Origin: Escherichia coli
Lineage (GTDB): Bacteria; Pseudomonadota; Gammaproteobacteria; Enterobacterales; Enterobacteriaceae
Length of the DNA: 64,000 nt
Strand: one strand, 5' to 3'
Assembly: GCF_016903815.1 (NCBI RefSeq)
Contig: NZ_CP069973.1
Shown here: piece by piece, positions 1-13,127 of the stretch
Position numbering within the stretch: position 1 is the stretch's first letter
Layout: every line of letters starts with the position of its first letter
The notes under the pieces: model-generated
Database searches by the model: none
Seen by the model: the letters and a program-made list of their open reading frames with translations, nothing else
What the model was told of the DNA's origin: nothing
Program-made: the position numbers and the translations under genes

Positions 1-386
1 ACACCAGGCGCGTCAGCCCGAGGATGCGCTTCTATACCCAGTTCAGCCAGGGTATTCACCACTGTTTGCTCAAGCAAGGTCACCAGTTCACGCACACCGA
101 GTTTACGGCGTTTCAGGTTAAGCAACACATACATCACCTGTTGCCCCGGCCCGTGATAAGTCACCTGCCCACCGCGATCGCTCTGAATCACCGGAATATC
201 ACCCGGCATTAAAATGTGCTCCGCTTTTCCTGCCTGCCCTTGGGTAAATACCGGATAGTGCTCGACCAGCCAGATTTCATCAAGGGTACTTTCATCGCGG
301 GTATCGGTGAATTCATGCATAGCCTGGGAGATTGGCTCGTAAGGCTGAAGACCGAGCTGGCGGACAAGAATTTTATCCTGATACAA
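1..386 (-). CDS. lipB: Octanoyltransferase LipB, partial (3' end lies beyond window start); TTG start at 386
   Basis: Manual minus-strand translation from TTG(386..384) gives [51 protein letters not shown]..., matching LipB as recalled. Absent from the ORF track because it runs off the window edge. Confidence 0.8.
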   Translation of the reverse strand, partial: MYQDKILVRQLGLQPYEPISQAMHEFTDTRDESTLDEIWLVEHYPVFTQGQAGKAEHILMPGDIPVIQSDRGGQVTYHGPGQQVMYVLLNLKRRKLGVRELVTLLEQTVVNTLAELGIEAHPRADAPG

Positions 387-486
387 AACGGCATCTCCGT
401 GGAGAATGAGTAAAAGTGGGGGAAAAGTATATCACAGCGAGGAGAGGGGAGTTACCCGACCAGGAGCCGGGTAACGGAGAAGCGAG

Positions 487-750
487 TTACAGAACCATGC
501 GGACAATATCGATTTTGCCCAGTTCTTCATACAGTGTTTCAACCTGCTCGATATGAGTAGCGTTGATAGTGATAGATACCGAGTGGTAGTTGCCTTTGCT
601 GCTTGGTTTTACCGTTGGGGTGTAGTCACCTGGCGCATGGCGCTGTACCACTTCAACCACCTGATCAACCAGCTCAGGTAACGCCTGCCCCATAACTTTG
701 TAAGTAAAAGGAGTAGGGAATTCAAGCAGTTCGTTAAGTTTGGTTTTCAT
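487..750 (-). CDS. ybeD: UPF0250 protein YbeD (87 aa)
   Basis: Track ORF of 87 aa; sequence and position between lipB and dacA match YbeD. Confidence 0.85.
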
Positions 751-782
751 GTCAGCTCCGGCGTAACGTAATTAAATAGCAA

Positions 783-808
783 CTCCCGCCAGAAGGCGGG
801 AGTTTTTT
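783..808. terminator. Rho-independent hairpin (ctcccgcc-agaa-ggcgggag) with flanking T/A runs; likely dacA terminator, possibly bidirectional
   Basis: 8-bp GC stem directly visible, followed by T6 on the plus strand. Confidence 0.5.
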
Positions 809-859
809 ACTGATGCTTAGTATATGGGGACGGAAATTACACTTTCAAGTGTTCGATTT

Positions 860-2071
860 TTAACCAAACCAGTGATGGAACATTAATTTAATGTAATCAA
901 TGATTTTGCCGAAGAAGTTGCCTTCCGGGATTTCTTGCAGCACAACCAGCGGGCGTTGTTCGATCGTTTTGCCATCAAGCTGGAAGTTGATAGTACCGAC
1001 GACCTGATTCTTTTGCAGCGGCGCATGCAATTCACTGCTGTTCAGCACATAGCTGGCTTTCAGATCTTTCATGCGGCCACGCGGAATGGTCAGATACACG
1101 TCTTTATCAACACCTAACGAAGCGCGATCAGAATCACCAAACCAAACCGGTTCAGAGGCGAACTCTTTACCTACTTTCAGTGGGTTAACGGTTTCGAAGA
1201 AACGGAAGCCCCAGGTCAGCAGTTTTTTACTTTCGGCTTCACGGCCTTTAAAAGTACGTCCGCCCATCACCGCAGAGATCAAGCGCATCTGGCCTTCAGT
1301 CGCAGAAGCAACAAGGTTGTAACCTGCTTTGTCAGTGTGTCCGGTTTTGATGCCGTCGACATTCAGGCTGTTATCCCATAACAGACCGTTACGGTTCAGC
1401 TGGCGAATACCGTTAAACGTAAATTCTTTTTCTTTATAGATCGAGTATTCATTCGGTACGTCACGGATCAACGCCTGGCCGATCAGCGCCATATCTCGCG
1501 CGGAGCTGTACTGACCATCAGCATCCAGACCATGTACCGTCTGGAAGTGGGTATTTTTCAGTCCCAGTGCGTTAACGTAGCTGTTCATCAAGCCAACAAA
1601 AGCGTCCTGGCTACCAGCGGCAAAATCGGCCATGGCGACACAAGCATCGTTACCCGATTGCAGGTTAATACCGCGGATCAGCTGAGAAACCGGAACCTGC
1701 ATGCCCGGTTTGAGGAACATCAGCGAAGAACCTTTAAACACCGGGTTACCGGTAGCCCATGCGTCGTTACCGATGGTGACTAAATCAGTTTCTTTAAATT
1801 TACCGGCTTTCATTGCCTGGCCGATAACGTAACTGGTCATCATTTTGGTCAGGCTGGCAGGATCGCGGCGGACATCTGCGTTCTGTTCGGCGAGCACTTT
1901 GCCGGAGTTATAGTCAATCAGGATGTAGGACTCCGCATCGATCTGCGGTACACCCGGGATCATAGTTTTGATATTCAGGTCATCGGCATGTGCAGCAGAG
2001 ATAAAGGCTGTGCAAAGAGCCGTGGTGAGCGCCAGGCGCTTCATGATACGAGCGGAAAAAATGGTATTCAT
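860..2071 (-). CDS. dacA: D-alanyl-D-alanine carboxypeptidase PBP5 (403 aa)
   Basis: Track ORF of 403 aa with signal peptide and an SLTK-type active-site serine motif; synteny. Confidence 0.9.
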
Positions 2072-2210
2072 GGTCTGAACTACGACATCCGTGATGGAAT
2101 TAAAAAAAGTGCCCTACTATAGCAAATGCACTACCGGCAGGCATCTGACTTTCCGCGTGACTTTGTTAACGTCATTTACAGAAATTGACACATCAGATGC
2201 CTGCTTTACG

Positions 2211-3299
2211 CTACTGCGCGGTGGTAATAAATGACTGTAATTGGGCTTCGGTTTGCAAACGTTGCTGCAAGGTACTGGCTTCGGCTTTGCTGGCGAATGG
2301 GCCAAGCTGGATCCGCCAGACTGCGCCATTTTGAGTTACGCGACCGGGGACGCCGAACTTCTGTCCCAGTTGCTGTTGGTACTGTTGCGCACGAGCCTGA
2401 TCGCTAACGGCTCCGACTTGCACCATAAAGTTGCCGCTGGCGCTTTGCGAGGTGGCTTGCGGTGTCACCATTGCAGGCGTGGTTGCAGGCGTTGTCGCCG
2501 GAGCTGTAACAACGGGCTGTGGTGCAGGTGTTGGTTCGCTGCCTTCCAGAACACCAGGCGCTAAGGTCGTTGGTGCGCCGAGGAAACCGCTGCTGGTTAC
2601 CGGCGCGCCGGTCGGATCTTCGCTTTTTAGCGTCGAATTACTGACCGGAAGAATGTCACCCTGCGGGCCAGACACTGAATTTGTTCCCGCGCCGCCGCTT
2701 AAATCGGGAGGTGCAGGCAGGGCGTAAGTCTGTTTGGCAACTGTGGTACAGGCCATACCAGGACCAGAAAGCGAACCATCCTGGGCGACAATAATCGGAT
2801 CGATACGAACTTTGGTGTTGTTTGACGTGTTAAGACGGTCAGCTGCCGCGCGAGAAAGCGAAATAACGCGGTCGTTGCCGTAAGGACCGCGATCATTAAT
2901 GCGCACCACGATCATTCGCCCGTTAGCCAGGTTAGTGATTCTGGCGTAGCTGGGGATCGGAAGCGTTGGATGGGCCGCTGTCAGCTGTGTCGGATCGAAT
3001 GCTTCGCCAGAGGCCGTCAGGTTACTGCCGGGTTCGGCATCATAGATTGCCGCCAGTCCCGCCTGGCTAAATCGAGACGGATCCTGCACGATTTTGTAGC
3101 TTTTACCGTCGCGCTGGTAATCCTGATTTGCCGTCGCGTTCAGTGGTTCGAAACGCGGGTCCGCCCCGCTAATTTCAACTATGGGGCCGTTACATACCGC
3201 AGGCTGCGGTACACTTACCGTCTGTTGCTGACCATCATCGCTTGTACATGCCGCGAGCATTCCTGCCGCGATGCAGATCCCGAGCCACTGCTTACGCAT
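2211..3299 (-). CDS. rlpA: Septal ring lytic transglycosylase/lipoprotein RlpA (362 aa)
   Basis: Lipobox (LAACTS), Pro/Thr/Ala-rich linker and C-terminal SPOR-like region; synteny downstream of mrdB. Confidence 0.85.
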   Translation of the reverse strand: MRKQWLGICIAAGMLAACTSDDGQQQTVSVPQPAVCNGPIVEISGADPRFEPLNATANQDYQRDGKSYKIVQDPSRFSQAGLAAIYDAEPGSNLTASGEAFDPTQLTAAHPTLPIPSYARITNLANGRMIVVRINDRGPYGNDRVISLSRAAADRLNTSNNTKVRIDPIIVAQDGSLSGPGMACTTVAKQTYALPAPPDLSGGAGTNSVSGPQGDILPVSNSTLKSEDPTGAPVTSSGFLGAPTTLAPGVLEGSEPTPAPQPVVTAPATTPATTPAMVTPQATSQSASGNFMVQVGAVSDQARAQQYQQQLGQKFGVPGRVTQNGAVWRIQLGPFASKAEASTLQQRLQTEAQLQSFITTAQ

Positions 3300-3309
3300 T
3301 GCGCACCTC

Positions 3310-4422
3310 TTACACGCTTTTCGACAACATTTTCCTGTGGGTGTGGATTGACATTACAATCCCGAACCCAGCCATCAGCACAATTAGCGCCGATCCTCCA
3401 TAACTGACCAGTGGGAGCGGAACCCCTACAACCGGCAGAATACCGCTTACCATACCAATATTTACGAAGACATAAACGAATAATATCAGCATTAAGCCGC
3501 CAGCCATGACGCGACCAAAGGTGGTTTGCGCTCTGGCGGCTATCCACAGCCCGCGCATGATCAGCAGAATGTAGAGAGCGAGCAGAATCAAAATGCCCAC
3601 TAATCCCAGCTCTTCCGCCAGTACCGCGAAGATAAAGTCGGTATGGCGTTCGGGGAGAAATTCAAGTTGTGACTGAGTGCCATGCAGCCAGCCTTTGCCG
3701 CGTAATCCGCCGGAGCCAATAGCAATTTTAGACTGAATAATGTGATAGCCCGCGCCGAGTGGGTCTGATTCCGGGTCCAGGAGCATCATTACGCGCTGGC
3801 GCTGGTAATCATGCATCAGGAAGAACCACAGAATCGGAATGAACGCCGCTACCAGCACTACTGCGACGCCAATCAGACGCCAGCTAAGGCCAGAGAGGAA
3901 CAGTACAAACAGACCGGAAAGCGCAACGAGGATTGATGTCCCCAGGTCAGGCTGTGCAGCCACCAGCAGCGTGGGCATAAATATCAGCACTAGCGCGATG
4001 CCAGTGTTCTTCAACGATGGCGGGCAAACGTCGCGGTTGATAAAGCGCGCAACCATCAGTGGTACGGCTATTTTGGCAATTTCCGACGGCTGAAAACGAA
4101 CAATACCGAGGTCCAGCCAGCGTTGAGCGCCTTTAGAGATGGCACCGAAAGCATCTACCGCCACCAGCAAAATAATACAGATGATATAGAGATAGGGGGC
4201 CCAGCCTTCATAAACGCGTGGAGGAATTTGCGCCATCACCACCATGATGACCAGACCCATCGCGATTTGGCCGATTTTACGCTCCATCATGCCAATATCC
4301 TGACCGCTGGCGCTCCAGATAACCAGGGCGCTGTAAACCAGCAATGCCAGTAAGATCAGCAGCATTGTGGGATCGAGATGGACTTTATCCCAGAATGTTT
4401 TTTTATTCGGATTATCCGTCAT
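3310..4422 (-). CDS. mrdB: Peptidoglycan glycosyltransferase RodA (SEDS family, 370 aa)
   Basis: Polytopic membrane protein of 370 aa, translationally adjacent to mrdA. Confidence 0.9.
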   Translation of the reverse strand: MTDNPNKKTFWDKVHLDPTMLLILLALLVYSALVIWSASGQDIGMMERKIGQIAMGLVIMVVMAQIPPRVYEGWAPYLYIICIILLVAVDAFGAISKGAQRWLDLGIVRFQPSEIAKIAVPLMVARFINRDVCPPSLKNTGIALVLIFMPTLLVAAQPDLGTSILVALSGLFVLFLSGLSWRLIGVAVVLVAAFIPILWFFLMHDYQRQRVMMLLDPESDPLGAGYHIIQSKIAIGSGGLRGKGWLHGTQSQLEFLPERHTDFIFAVLAEELGLVGILILLALYILLIMRGLWIAARAQTTFGRVMAGGLMLILFVYVFVNIGMVSGILPVVGVPLPLVSYGGSALIVLMAGFGIVMSIHTHRKMLSKSV

Positions 4423-4424
4423 GA

Positions 4425-6326
4425 TTAATGGTCCTCCGCTGCGGCAACCGCTGGATTTTCCGCAGGCAGATCGGTGTTGTTATCACCCAGCATAATGTGG
4501 TCGAGGATCTGGCGCATCAGCGTACCAACCGCCGGACCCGCACCGCCGTTCTCCAGAATCATGGCGACAGCGACTTGCGGATTGTTGTATGGCGCAAAGG
4601 CGGTCATCAGTTTGTGGTCACGTAAACGCTCGGCAATTTTGTGCGCATTATAGGTTTCGTTCGCTTTCAGACCGAAGACCTGAGCGGTACCGGATTTCGC
4701 CGCAATTTTGTACGGTGCGCTGGCAAAGTATTTATGCGCCGTACCGTTAGGGCGGTTAGCAACACCGTACATACCGTCTTTCGCCAGCTCCCAGTAACCG
4801 GAATGAATATCGCCGACGGGCGGTTCATGCGGTTGTACCCATGGCACCTGTTTGCCGTCTTCGGCGGTGCTCATCAGCAAATGCGGAACCTTCACGATAC
4901 CGTCATTAATCAGGATCATCAGTGCCTTACTCATCTGGATTGGGGTCGCTGTCCAGTAACCCTGACCGATACCAACCGGAATGGTGTCACCCTGATACCA
5001 CGGTTTTTTAAAGCGTTTCTGTTTCCATTCGCGGGTAGGCATGTTGCCGGAACGTTCTTCCGCCAGGTCGATACCGGTGTAATGACCATAACCGAATTTA
5101 CCCATCCATTCGGAGAGGCGATCGATTCCCATATCGTAGGCCACCTGATAGAAGAAGGTATCCGCAGATTCTTCCAGCGATCTTGTGACATTCAGACGCC
5201 CGTGGCCCCATTTTTTCCAGTCACGATAACGTTTTTCCGAACCTGGCAGTTGCCACCAGCCTGGGTCAAACAGCGTCGTATTGCGCGTGATCACTCCGGC
5301 GCTCAATGCCGAAACCGCCACATAGGGTTTAACTGTAGACGCGGGAGGATAAACCCCCTGTGTAGCGCGGTTCACCAGCGGTGTATTCGGGTCGTTCAGC
5401 AAGGCGGAATAATCTTTGCTGGAGATACCGTCAACAAACAGGTTTGGGTCATAACTAGGCGTGGAAACCAGCGCCAGCACCCCACCTGTACGCGGATCGG
5501 TGACTACCACCGCTGCGCGGCTACCCGCCAGCAGCGTTTCAATATATTGCTGGAGTTTGAGATCCAGCGTCAGGTAAATATCGTGTCCGGCTTGCGGTGG
5601 GACTTCTTTTAACTGGCGGATAACACGCCCACGGTTGTTAACTTCAACCTCTTCATAACCGGTCTGACCGTGCAGCACGTCTTCATAGTAACGCTCAATG
5701 CCCAGCTTACCGATATCATGCGTTGCCGCATAGTTGGCCAGTTTGCCGTCATTATTCAGGCGTTCGACGTCTTTATCGTTGATTTTCGACACATAGCCGA
5801 TGACGTGGGTCAACGCCGAACCGTAAGGATAGTAACGACGTTTATAGCCTTTAACTTCAACACCCGGAAAACGGTACTGATTGACGGCAAAGCGAGCTAC
5901 TTGTACTTCGGTCAGGTTAGTTTTCACCGGAATGGAGGTGAAACGGTGTGAACGTGCGCGCTCTTTTCGGAATGCAGCAATATCGTCATCGGTCAGATCA
6001 ACCACGCTGCGCAAAGCGTCCAGCGTTTGCTGCACGTTATCGACTTTCTCCGGCATCATTTCTATCTGGTAGATAGTGCGGTTGAGGGCCAGAGGGATAC
6101 CGTTACGGTCGTAGATAATGCCGCGGCTGGGCGCGATAGGCACCAGCTTAATGCGGTTTTCATTAGAGCGGGTCTGGTAGTCGGTAAAGCGAACAATTTG
6201 CAGATTATACAGGTTGGCGATAAGCACGCCGGTCAGCAGCAAAATCCCCAAAAAGGCGACCAGCGCCCGGCGCACAAACAGCGCGGACTCTGCCGTATAG
6301 TCGCGAAAAGAGTTCTGTAGTTTCAT
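4425..6326 (-). CDS. mrdA: Peptidoglycan D,D-transpeptidase PBP2 (633 aa)
   Basis: 633 aa with N-terminal TM segment and transpeptidase STVK-type motif; synteny. Confidence 0.9.
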   Translation of the reverse strand: MKLQNSFRDYTAESALFVRRALVAFLGILLLTGVLIANLYNLQIVRFTDYQTRSNENRIKLVPIAPSRGIIYDRNGIPLALNRTIYQIEMMPEKVDNVQQTLDALRSVVDLTDDDIAAFRKERARSHRFTSIPVKTNLTEVQVARFAVNQYRFPGVEVKGYKRRYYPYGSALTHVIGYVSKINDKDVERLNNDGKLANYAATHDIGKLGIERYYEDVLHGQTGYEEVEVNNRGRVIRQLKEVPPQAGHDIYLTLDLKLQQYIETLLAGSRAAVVVTDPRTGGVLALVSTPSYDPNLFVDGISSKDYSALLNDPNTPLVNRATQGVYPPASTVKPYVAVSALSAGVITRNTTLFDPGWWQLPGSEKRYRDWKKWGHGRLNVTRSLEESADTFFYQVAYDMGIDRLSEWMGKFGYGHYTGIDLAEERSGNMPTREWKQKRFKKPWYQGDTIPVGIGQGYWTATPIQMSKALMILINDGIVKVPHLLMSTAEDGKQVPWVQPHEPPVGDIHSGYWELAKDGMYGVANRPNGTAHKYFASAPYKIAAKSGTAQVFGLKANETYNAHKIAERLRDHKLMTAFAPYNNPQVAVAMILENGGAGPAVGTLMRQILDHIMLGDNNTDLPAENPAVAAAEDH

Positions 6327-6356
6327 CCGCTGCGTTTTCTACTCAAAGCTCCCTTA

Positions 6357-6824
6357 TCACTCACGGTGATAAGGATGGTTGGTGGTGATGCTCCACGCCC
6401 GGTACAGACTCTCTGCGACCAGCACGCGAACCAACGGATGGGGGAGGGTAAGCGCCGACAGCGACCAGCTCTGCTCCGCCGCCGCTTTACAGGCAGGCGA
6501 CAACCCTTCAGGCCCGCCAATCAGTAGACTGACGTCGCGACCATCCAGCTTCCAGCGTTCCAGCTCAGCGGCTAACTGCGGCGTATCCCAGGGCTTGCCT
6601 GGAATATCGAGGGTGACAATGCGGTTTTTGCCTGCGGCCGCCAACATCTGCTCACCCTCTTTGTCGAGTATGCGCTTGATGTCCGCATTCTTGCCGCGTT
6701 TTCCGGCCGGAATTTCAATCAGCTCGAAGGGCATATCTTTCGGAAAACGACGCAGGTACTCGGTAAAACCGGTTTGTACCCAGTCCGGCATTTTCGTTCC
6801 CACGGCGACAAGTTGCAGCTTCAC
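6357..6824 (-). CDS. rlmH: 23S rRNA (pseudouridine1915-N3)-methyltransferase RlmH (155 aa)
   Basis: 155 aa SPOUT-family sequence; synteny. Confidence 0.88.
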
Positions 6825-6827
6825 GCA

Positions 6828-7163
<336 letters not shown>

Positions 7164-7404
7164 TCAAATAGATAAAAATGGTCTGTCAGTATACCTGAAC
7201 CAGAGGCGATTTCGGGACAATTGTCGCCGAATCGGCTTTCGAAAGTGGGCTATCATCCCACCCCGCGCCGCAGATTGCATCGTCATTTTTGTAAAACAAT
7301 TTCTACAAAGTCGTGTCTGGCGAAAAAAGTCTGGCTGCGGAGAATATCAGCCTGCCCGGGGCTGTCAATGGTCGTTGCGGCTTACCCGTAAAAAAACAGA
7401 AAAG

Positions 7405-8016
7405 TCATGCATTCTCGACCCCGATGGCACGGCTATTGAGGACGCGTAGCGTCGCGAATTTTTGGTTGATATCAATGGCGCTCCAACACCCCTGGTCAAC
7501 GCGAAAATGCCACATAGCTTCGGCAGGCATACCAATTAAACGGGCGATTAACAGACTCAGTACACCCTGATGGCTGACGACTAAAATATTCTGATAGTGC
7601 TGAAATTCACTAAGCCTTGCGATAAACCGTTCCACACGTTGTGAAAATGCCTGAAATCCTTCACCGTTCGTGGGGATAGCATGCTGCCAGTCATTGCACC
7701 ACGCGCTATAGTTTTCGGCATCTTCTTGCATGAGGTCGCGATGATGTCGCATCTCCCAGTCGCCAAAAAACATTTCGTTGAGTTCAGGGATGATTTGCAC
7801 GGGGAGCTGGCGATCACTGAGAACCCGTCGCGCGGTATGCTGTGCCCGTTCCAGTTCACTGCATAAAACCAGGTCAAAGGAAACACCATGTAGCAGCGTA
7901 TGCAGATTTTGCGCTTGCTCAATACCGCGCGCAGTCAGGGGGGTGGGCGCATGACCGCTGTAAAGACCATCGATATTCGCTTGCGTTTCATCATGACGAA
8001 TTAACCACAGTCGCAT
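7405..8016 (-). CDS. cobC: Adenosylcobalamin/alpha-ribazole phosphatase CobC (PhpB); start taken at the second Met of the track ORF
   Basis: Histidine phosphatase RHG motif (MRLWLIRHDETQ...); the track ORF begins one codon earlier, at 8019. Confidence 0.8.
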   Translation of the reverse strand: MRLWLIRHDETQANIDGLYSGHAPTPLTARGIEQAQNLHTLLHGVSFDLVLCSELERAQHTARRVLSDRQLPVQIIPELNEMFFGDWEMRHHRDLMQEDAENYSAWCNDWQHAIPTNGEGFQAFSQRVERFIARLSEFQHYQNILVVSHQGVLSLLIARLIGMPAEAMWHFRVDQGCWSAIDINQKFATLRVLNSRAIGVENA

Positions 8017-8039
8017 CATGCCCTCCGTAACGACAGGTA

Positions 8040-8681
8040 TCAGCGATACAAGCCTTGTTGGTTAATGTAAGTCAGTACCGGTTCCGGCAATAAATCCTCA
8101 CACGATTCACCGTTTTGCAAACGTTCGCGGATGATGGTCGCCGAGATGTTAAACCACGGCGTTTCAGCCAGATAAATTTTACCGGCAGGCTGAAGGTGAA
8201 GATCTTCCGGGTTATGTGTCAAATGATCTTCCAGCCATTGCTGGTATTGCGGTTGCGCCATTTCAAGTGGGTAACCTGGACGCCGACAGACGATCAAATG
8301 TGCATTGTCGAGTATCGTTTCGTATTCGTACCAGGTCGGAAAGGTCAGCAGTGAATCCTGACCTATAATAAACGCCAGCGGCACGTCCGGCCCTTGTTCC
8401 TGCCGCCACTCTTTCAGTGTTTGCGCAGTGTAAGAGGGGGCATTGCGCTTTAGCTCGCGTTCATCAAGAGTAAATAATGGCTTGTCGGCAATCGCCAGTT
8501 CAAGCATGTGTTTACGCTGCACGCTGTTCGCTTCCGGCTGGGGACGATGCGGAGGAACATTATTAGGGATGATTGTGACCCGCGTCAGACCAATCAAATT
8601 CGCCAGCGTTTCCACGGGTTTAAGATGACCATAGTGCACCGGATCAAAGGTGCCGCCAAACAGAGCCTGTAAAGATTTCAT
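8040..8681 (-). CDS. nadD: Nicotinate-nucleotide adenylyltransferase NadD (213 aa)
   Basis: [11 protein letters not shown] nucleotidyltransferase motif near the N-terminus. Confidence 0.9.
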
Positions 8682-8682
8682 A

Positions 8683-9714
8683 TCAACCGTCGATAAATAC
8701 GTCCGCCAGGGGTTTATGGCACAACAGAAGAGATAACCCTTCCAGCTCTGCCCACACTGACTGACCGTAATCTTGTTTGAGGGTGAGTTCCGTTCGTGTC
8801 AGGAGTTGCACGGCCTGACGTAACTGCGGCTGGCTTAAGCGATTTAACGCCTCGCCCATCATGCCCCGGCGGTTCTGCCATACCCGATGCTTATCAAACA
8901 ATGCACGCAGTGGCGTATGGGCAGACTGGCGTTTCAGGTTAACCAGTAACAACAGTTCACGTTGTAATGTGCGCAACAAAATAACCGCTTCGCTGCCTTC
9001 CAGACGCAGTTGCTGAAGAATATGCAACGCGCGCTTACTTTTTCCCATCAACAAAGCATCAACCCAATGAAAAGGGGTGAAATGCGCGGCATCATTCACC
9101 GCCTGTTCAACGCGAGGTAATGTCAGTTTGCCGTCTGGCCAGAGTAGCGATAAACGCTCCAGTGCCTGGGCCAGCGCCAGCAGGTTACCTTCATAACAGT
9201 AGCAGAGCACTTGGTTTGCCGCGTCATCCAGTTCTAAGTTGAGCTGTTTTGCACGCGCAGCAACCCAGCGGGGAAGCTGAGCCTGCTCCGGTGTCTGACA
9301 GGTCACCTGCACGCTGCGATTCGCAAGAGCAGTAAACCAGGCGGCATTTTCTTGCGCTTTGCTTAATTTATTACCGCGGACGATCAACAGCAGGTCGTCA
9401 TGCAGAAGTCCGGTGAGTGTGAGAAGTTGTTCATTGATCGCCGCATTCGGTCCGTTTTCGGGTAACAACAGCAATAGCGTTTGTCGACTGGCAAACAGGC
9501 TCATGGCCTGGCATAACGAAAAAATCGCATTCCAGTCGGTGTTGGGATCAATGGAAAAAGTGTGGTGTTCTTCGAACCCTTGCGCCGCAGCGACCTGACG
9601 AATAGCGTCCTGGCTTTCCTGCAATAACAGAGGATCGTTACCAAGTAAAAGATACGCCGCGCGCAGCCCTTCATTGAGCTGCGCGCGGAGTTGTTCCGGG
9701 TACAACCGAATCAT
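8683..9714 (-). CDS. holA: DNA polymerase III delta subunit HolA (343 aa)
   Basis: 343 aa; sequence and synteny between nadD and lptE. Confidence 0.88.
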
Positions 9715-10295
9715 CAGTTACCCAGCGTGGTAGAGACGCGTGCAGGCGTTGCCGGAGTATCCGTTGTGGTCGACGTCTGTTCTTCGTCGGAACGAATATC
9801 CGCAGCACGGATGCTTGGCAGCTTACGAATCAGCTGTTCGGCAGCACGGTCGTACATCTCTTTTACGATCATGTCTTGTTCGTTATCTTTCGCTAACGCC
9901 ATTTGCGGGTTATCGAAGAACGAACGGAAGACTTTGGCGCTAATCGGGTAGATGTCACGGCCGGGGATCAACACGGTCGCATTGACCGTCATGATCATCT
10001 GATACTCTGCTGTTTGACCGTTACGGAATACCGATGCGGTATCTTTCGCGATGCTCACTTTACCCAAACGCAGGGATGGAACGTCCTTACGCGTGGTTTC
10101 TTTATCAAGCAACTCGACACCATTCAGACGTAACTGGTTACGCACCGCACGGCTTAATGGCCCGTTCGGATCGCCTGAGTCCAGGATCATGACCTTCATA
10201 GTGGAAGGAACCTGCGTGGTATCACGCAGATGCCAGCCACACCCGGCGGTGATTAACACCGCCAGAGATAACAACAATGTTGCCAGATATCGCAC
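9714..10295 (-). CDS. lptE: LPS assembly lipoprotein LptE (193 aa)
   Basis: Lipobox (ITAGCGW); 193 aa; immediately downstream of leuS. Confidence 0.88.
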
Positions 10296-10309
10296 GCTTC
10301 CTCCCGCGC

Positions 10310-12892
10310 TTAGCCAACGACCAGATTGAGGAGTTTACCGGGTACGTAAATCACTTTACGCACGGTAACGCCATCAAGATATTTTGCTACCAGATGTTCC
10401 TGGCCAGCACGTTCGCGAACCTGTTCTTCCGTTGCGTCCACCGGAACGGTGATTTTTGCACGGACTTTACCGTTAACCTGCACCACGACCAGCGTGGAGT
10501 CTTCCACCATCGCTTTTTCGTCAGCAACCGGCCACGGTGCGTTGTCGATATCGCCTTCGCCTTTCAGTTCCTGCCACAGCGTGAAGCAGATGTGCGGGGT
10601 GAACGGGTTAAGCATACGGACTACCGCCAGCAGCGCTTCCTGCATTAGGGCGCGGTCCTGCTCGCCATCGGTCGGTGCTTTCGCCAGTTTGTTCATCAGC
10701 TCCATAATCGCCGCAATTGCGGTGTTGAAGGTCTGACGACGGCCGATATCATCGGTCACTTTAGCGATCGTTTTATGCACATCGCGACGCAGCGCTTTCT
10801 GATCTTCAGTCAGCGCATCAACGTTCAGTGCCGCAACATCACCTTTCGCTGTGTGCTCGTAAACCAGTTTCCAGACACGTTTCAGGAAGCGGTTAGCCCC
10901 TTCCACGCCGGATTCCTGCCATTCGAGAGTCATATCAGCCGGAGAAGCAAACATCATAAACAGACGAACGGTGTCCGCGCCGTAACGTTCAACCATCACC
11001 TGCGGGTCGATACCGTTGTTCTTCGACTTGGACATTTTGCTCATGCCGGTATAAACCAGTTCATGGCCTGCCGCATCTTTCGCTTTCACGATACGGCCTT
11101 TCTCGTCACGTTCAACGATAGCATCAACCGGGGAAACCCAGTTACGTTCGCCGTTTTCGCCAACATAGTAGAAGGCATCTGCCAGCACCATACCCTGACA
11201 CAGTAACTGTTTCGCTGGTTCGTCAGAGTTCACCATGCCTGCATCACGCATCAGTTTGTGGAAGAAGCGGAAGTAGAGCAGGTGCATAATGGCGTGTTCG
11301 ATACCACCAATGTAGATATCCACCGGCAGCCAGTAGTTAGCCGCTTTGGAATCCAGCATACCTTCTTTGTACTCCGGGCAAGTGTAGCGCGCATAGTACC
11401 AGGAGGACTCCATAAAGGTGTCGAAAGTGTCGGTTTCACGCAGCGCTGGCATACCGTTAACGGTAGTTTTTGCCCACTCCGGATCTGCTTTAATCGGGCT
11501 GGTAATACCGTCCATCACCACATCTTCCGGCAGGATCACCGGCAGCTGGTCGTCCGGGGTCGGCATTACGGTACCGTCTTCCAGCGTCACCATCGGAATC
11601 GGCGCGCCCCAGTAACGTTGACGGGAAACACCCCAGTCGCGCAGGCGGTAGTTCACTTTACGCTCGCCAACGCCCATCGCAGTCAGTTTATCGGCGATAG
11701 CGTTGAAGGCCGCTTCATGGTCAAGACCGTTGAACTCGCCAGAGTTGAACAGAACGCCTTTTTCAGTCAGGGCTTGCTGAGAAAGATCTGGCTCAGAGCC
11801 GTCAGCTGCCAGGATAACCGGTTTGATGTTCAGGCCGTATTTAGAGGCAAACTCGTAGTCGCGCTGGTCGTGACCCGGAACCGCCATAACTGCGCCCGTG
11901 CCGTACTCCATCAATACGAAGTTTGCTGCCCAAACGGGAATTTCTTCGCCCGTTAATGGGTGAACCGCTTTAAAGCCAGTATCGACGCCTTTTTTCTCCA
12001 TCGTTGCCATTTCAGCTTCGGCAACTTTGGTGTTACGGCATTCGTCAATAAAGGCCGCCAGTTCAGGATTATTTTCCGCCGCTTTCTGCGCCAGCGGATG
12101 ACCCGCCGCTACCGCCAGGTAGGTACAACCCATAAAGGTGTCCGGGCGGGTAGTGTAAACGGTCAGCGTGTTGTCATAGTCGTTAACGTTGAAGGTGATT
12201 TCCACGCCTTCGGAACGACCGATCCAGTTACGCTGCATTGTTTTAACGGTGTCTGGCCAGTGATCCAGTTTATCCAGATCGTTGAGCAGCTCGTCAGCGT
12301 AAGCAGTGATTTTGATAAACCATTGCGGGATCTCTTTACGCTCAACTTTGGTATCGCAGCGCCAGCAGCAGCCGTCGATAACTTGTTCGTTCGCCAGTAC
12401 GGTCTGGTCGTTCGGGCACCAGTTGACTGCAGAAGTCTTCTTATATACCAGGCCTTTTTTATACAGCTCGGTGAAGAATTTCTGTTCCCAACGGTAGTAT
12501 TCCGGTGTACAGGTTGCCAGCTCGCGGCTCCAGTCATAACCAAAGCCCAGCATTTTGAGCTGGTTTTTCATGTACGCGATGTTGTCGTACGTCCACGGTG
12601 CCGGTGCGGTGTTGTTTTTCACCGCCGCGCCTTCCGCAGGAAGACCAAACGCGTCCCAGCCGATCGGCTGCAGGACGTTTTTGCCCAGCATACGCTGGTA
12701 GCGGGCGATCACGTCACCAATGGTGTAGTTACGTACGTGGCCCATGTGTAGTCGACCAGAAGGATAGGGAAGCATAGACAGGCAGTAATACTTCTCTTTG
12801 CTCTCGTCTTCGGTTACTTCAAATGTGCGCTTCTCATCCCAATGAAGCTGTACTTTGGATTCTATCTCTTCCGGGCGGTATTGCTCTTGCAT
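10310..12892 (-). CDS. leuS: Leucine--tRNA ligase (860 aa from ATG at 12892)
   Basis: HMGH and KMSKS class I aaRS motifs present; the track ORF extends 8 codons upstream of [11 protein letters not shown]. Confidence 0.92.
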   Translation of the reverse strand: MQEQYRPEEIESKVQLHWDEKRTFEVTEDESKEKYYCLSMLPYPSGRLHMGHVRNYTIGDVIARYQRMLGKNVLQPIGWDAFGLPAEGAAVKNNTAPAPWTYDNIAYMKNQLKMLGFGYDWSRELATCTPEYYRWEQKFFTELYKKGLVYKKTSAVNWCPNDQTVLANEQVIDGCCWRCDTKVERKEIPQWFIKITAYADELLNDLDKLDHWPDTVKTMQRNWIGRSEGVEITFNVNDYDNTLTVYTTRPDTFMGCTYLAVAAGHPLAQKAAENNPELAAFIDECRNTKVAEAEMATMEKKGVDTGFKAVHPLTGEEIPVWAANFVLMEYGTGAVMAVPGHDQRDYEFASKYGLNIKPVILAADGSEPDLSQQALTEKGVLFNSGEFNGLDHEAAFNAIADKLTAMGVGERKVNYRLRDWGVSRQRYWGAPIPMVTLEDGTVMPTPDDQLPVILPEDVVMDGITSPIKADPEWAKTTVNGMPALRETDTFDTFMESSWYYARYTCPEYKEGMLDSKAANYWLPVDIYIGGIEHAIMHLLYFRFFHKLMRDAGMVNSDEPAKQLLCQGMVLADAFYYVGENGERNWVSPVDAIVERDEKGRIVKAKDAAGHELVYTGMSKMSKSKNNGIDPQVMVERYGADTVRLFMMFASPADMTLEWQESGVEGANRFLKRVWKLVYEHTAKGDVAALNVDALTEDQKALRRDVHKTIAKVTDDIGRRQTFNTAIAAIMELMNKLAKAPTDGEQDRALMQEALLAVVRMLNPFTPHICFTLWQELKGEGDIDNAPWPVADEKAMVEDSTLVVVQVNGKVRAKITVPVDATEEQVRERAGQEHLVAKYLDGVTVRKVIYVPGKLLNLVVG

Positions 12893-13127
12893 GGCAGCCA
12901 GTGGTCCTGTTTTCATTACGGCTACAAAAGTAGCGTTTGAGGTGGTTTTTCAGATCCGCATAGCATAGCCCAAACGTCCGCGTCAAAACAGCCTTTCGCG
13001 CACTCGACGTTGAAATGATGCCCGGATTATTCATACATTAATTTACAGAGTTTGTGGGCGTATTAGCAAAGCAAGGAACAAAGAACGTCTATTATTATAG
13101 TCAGTTAACGACCCGGGAGATGAAACG

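Noticed and set aside
2431-2727. 98-aa plus-strand ORF rich in Gly/Ala/Val inside rlpA
   Set aside because: It is the antisense reading of the Pro/Thr/Ala-rich RlpA linker; a low-complexity artefact.
4641-5612. 323-aa plus-strand ORF opposite mrdA, with similar antisense ORFs opposite leuS, gltL, ybeZ, miaB, nagC, glnS, chiP, speF, kdpD, kdpB and kdpA
   Set aside because: All lie antisense within long conserved genes and are consistent with chance open frames; none has a plausible start context.
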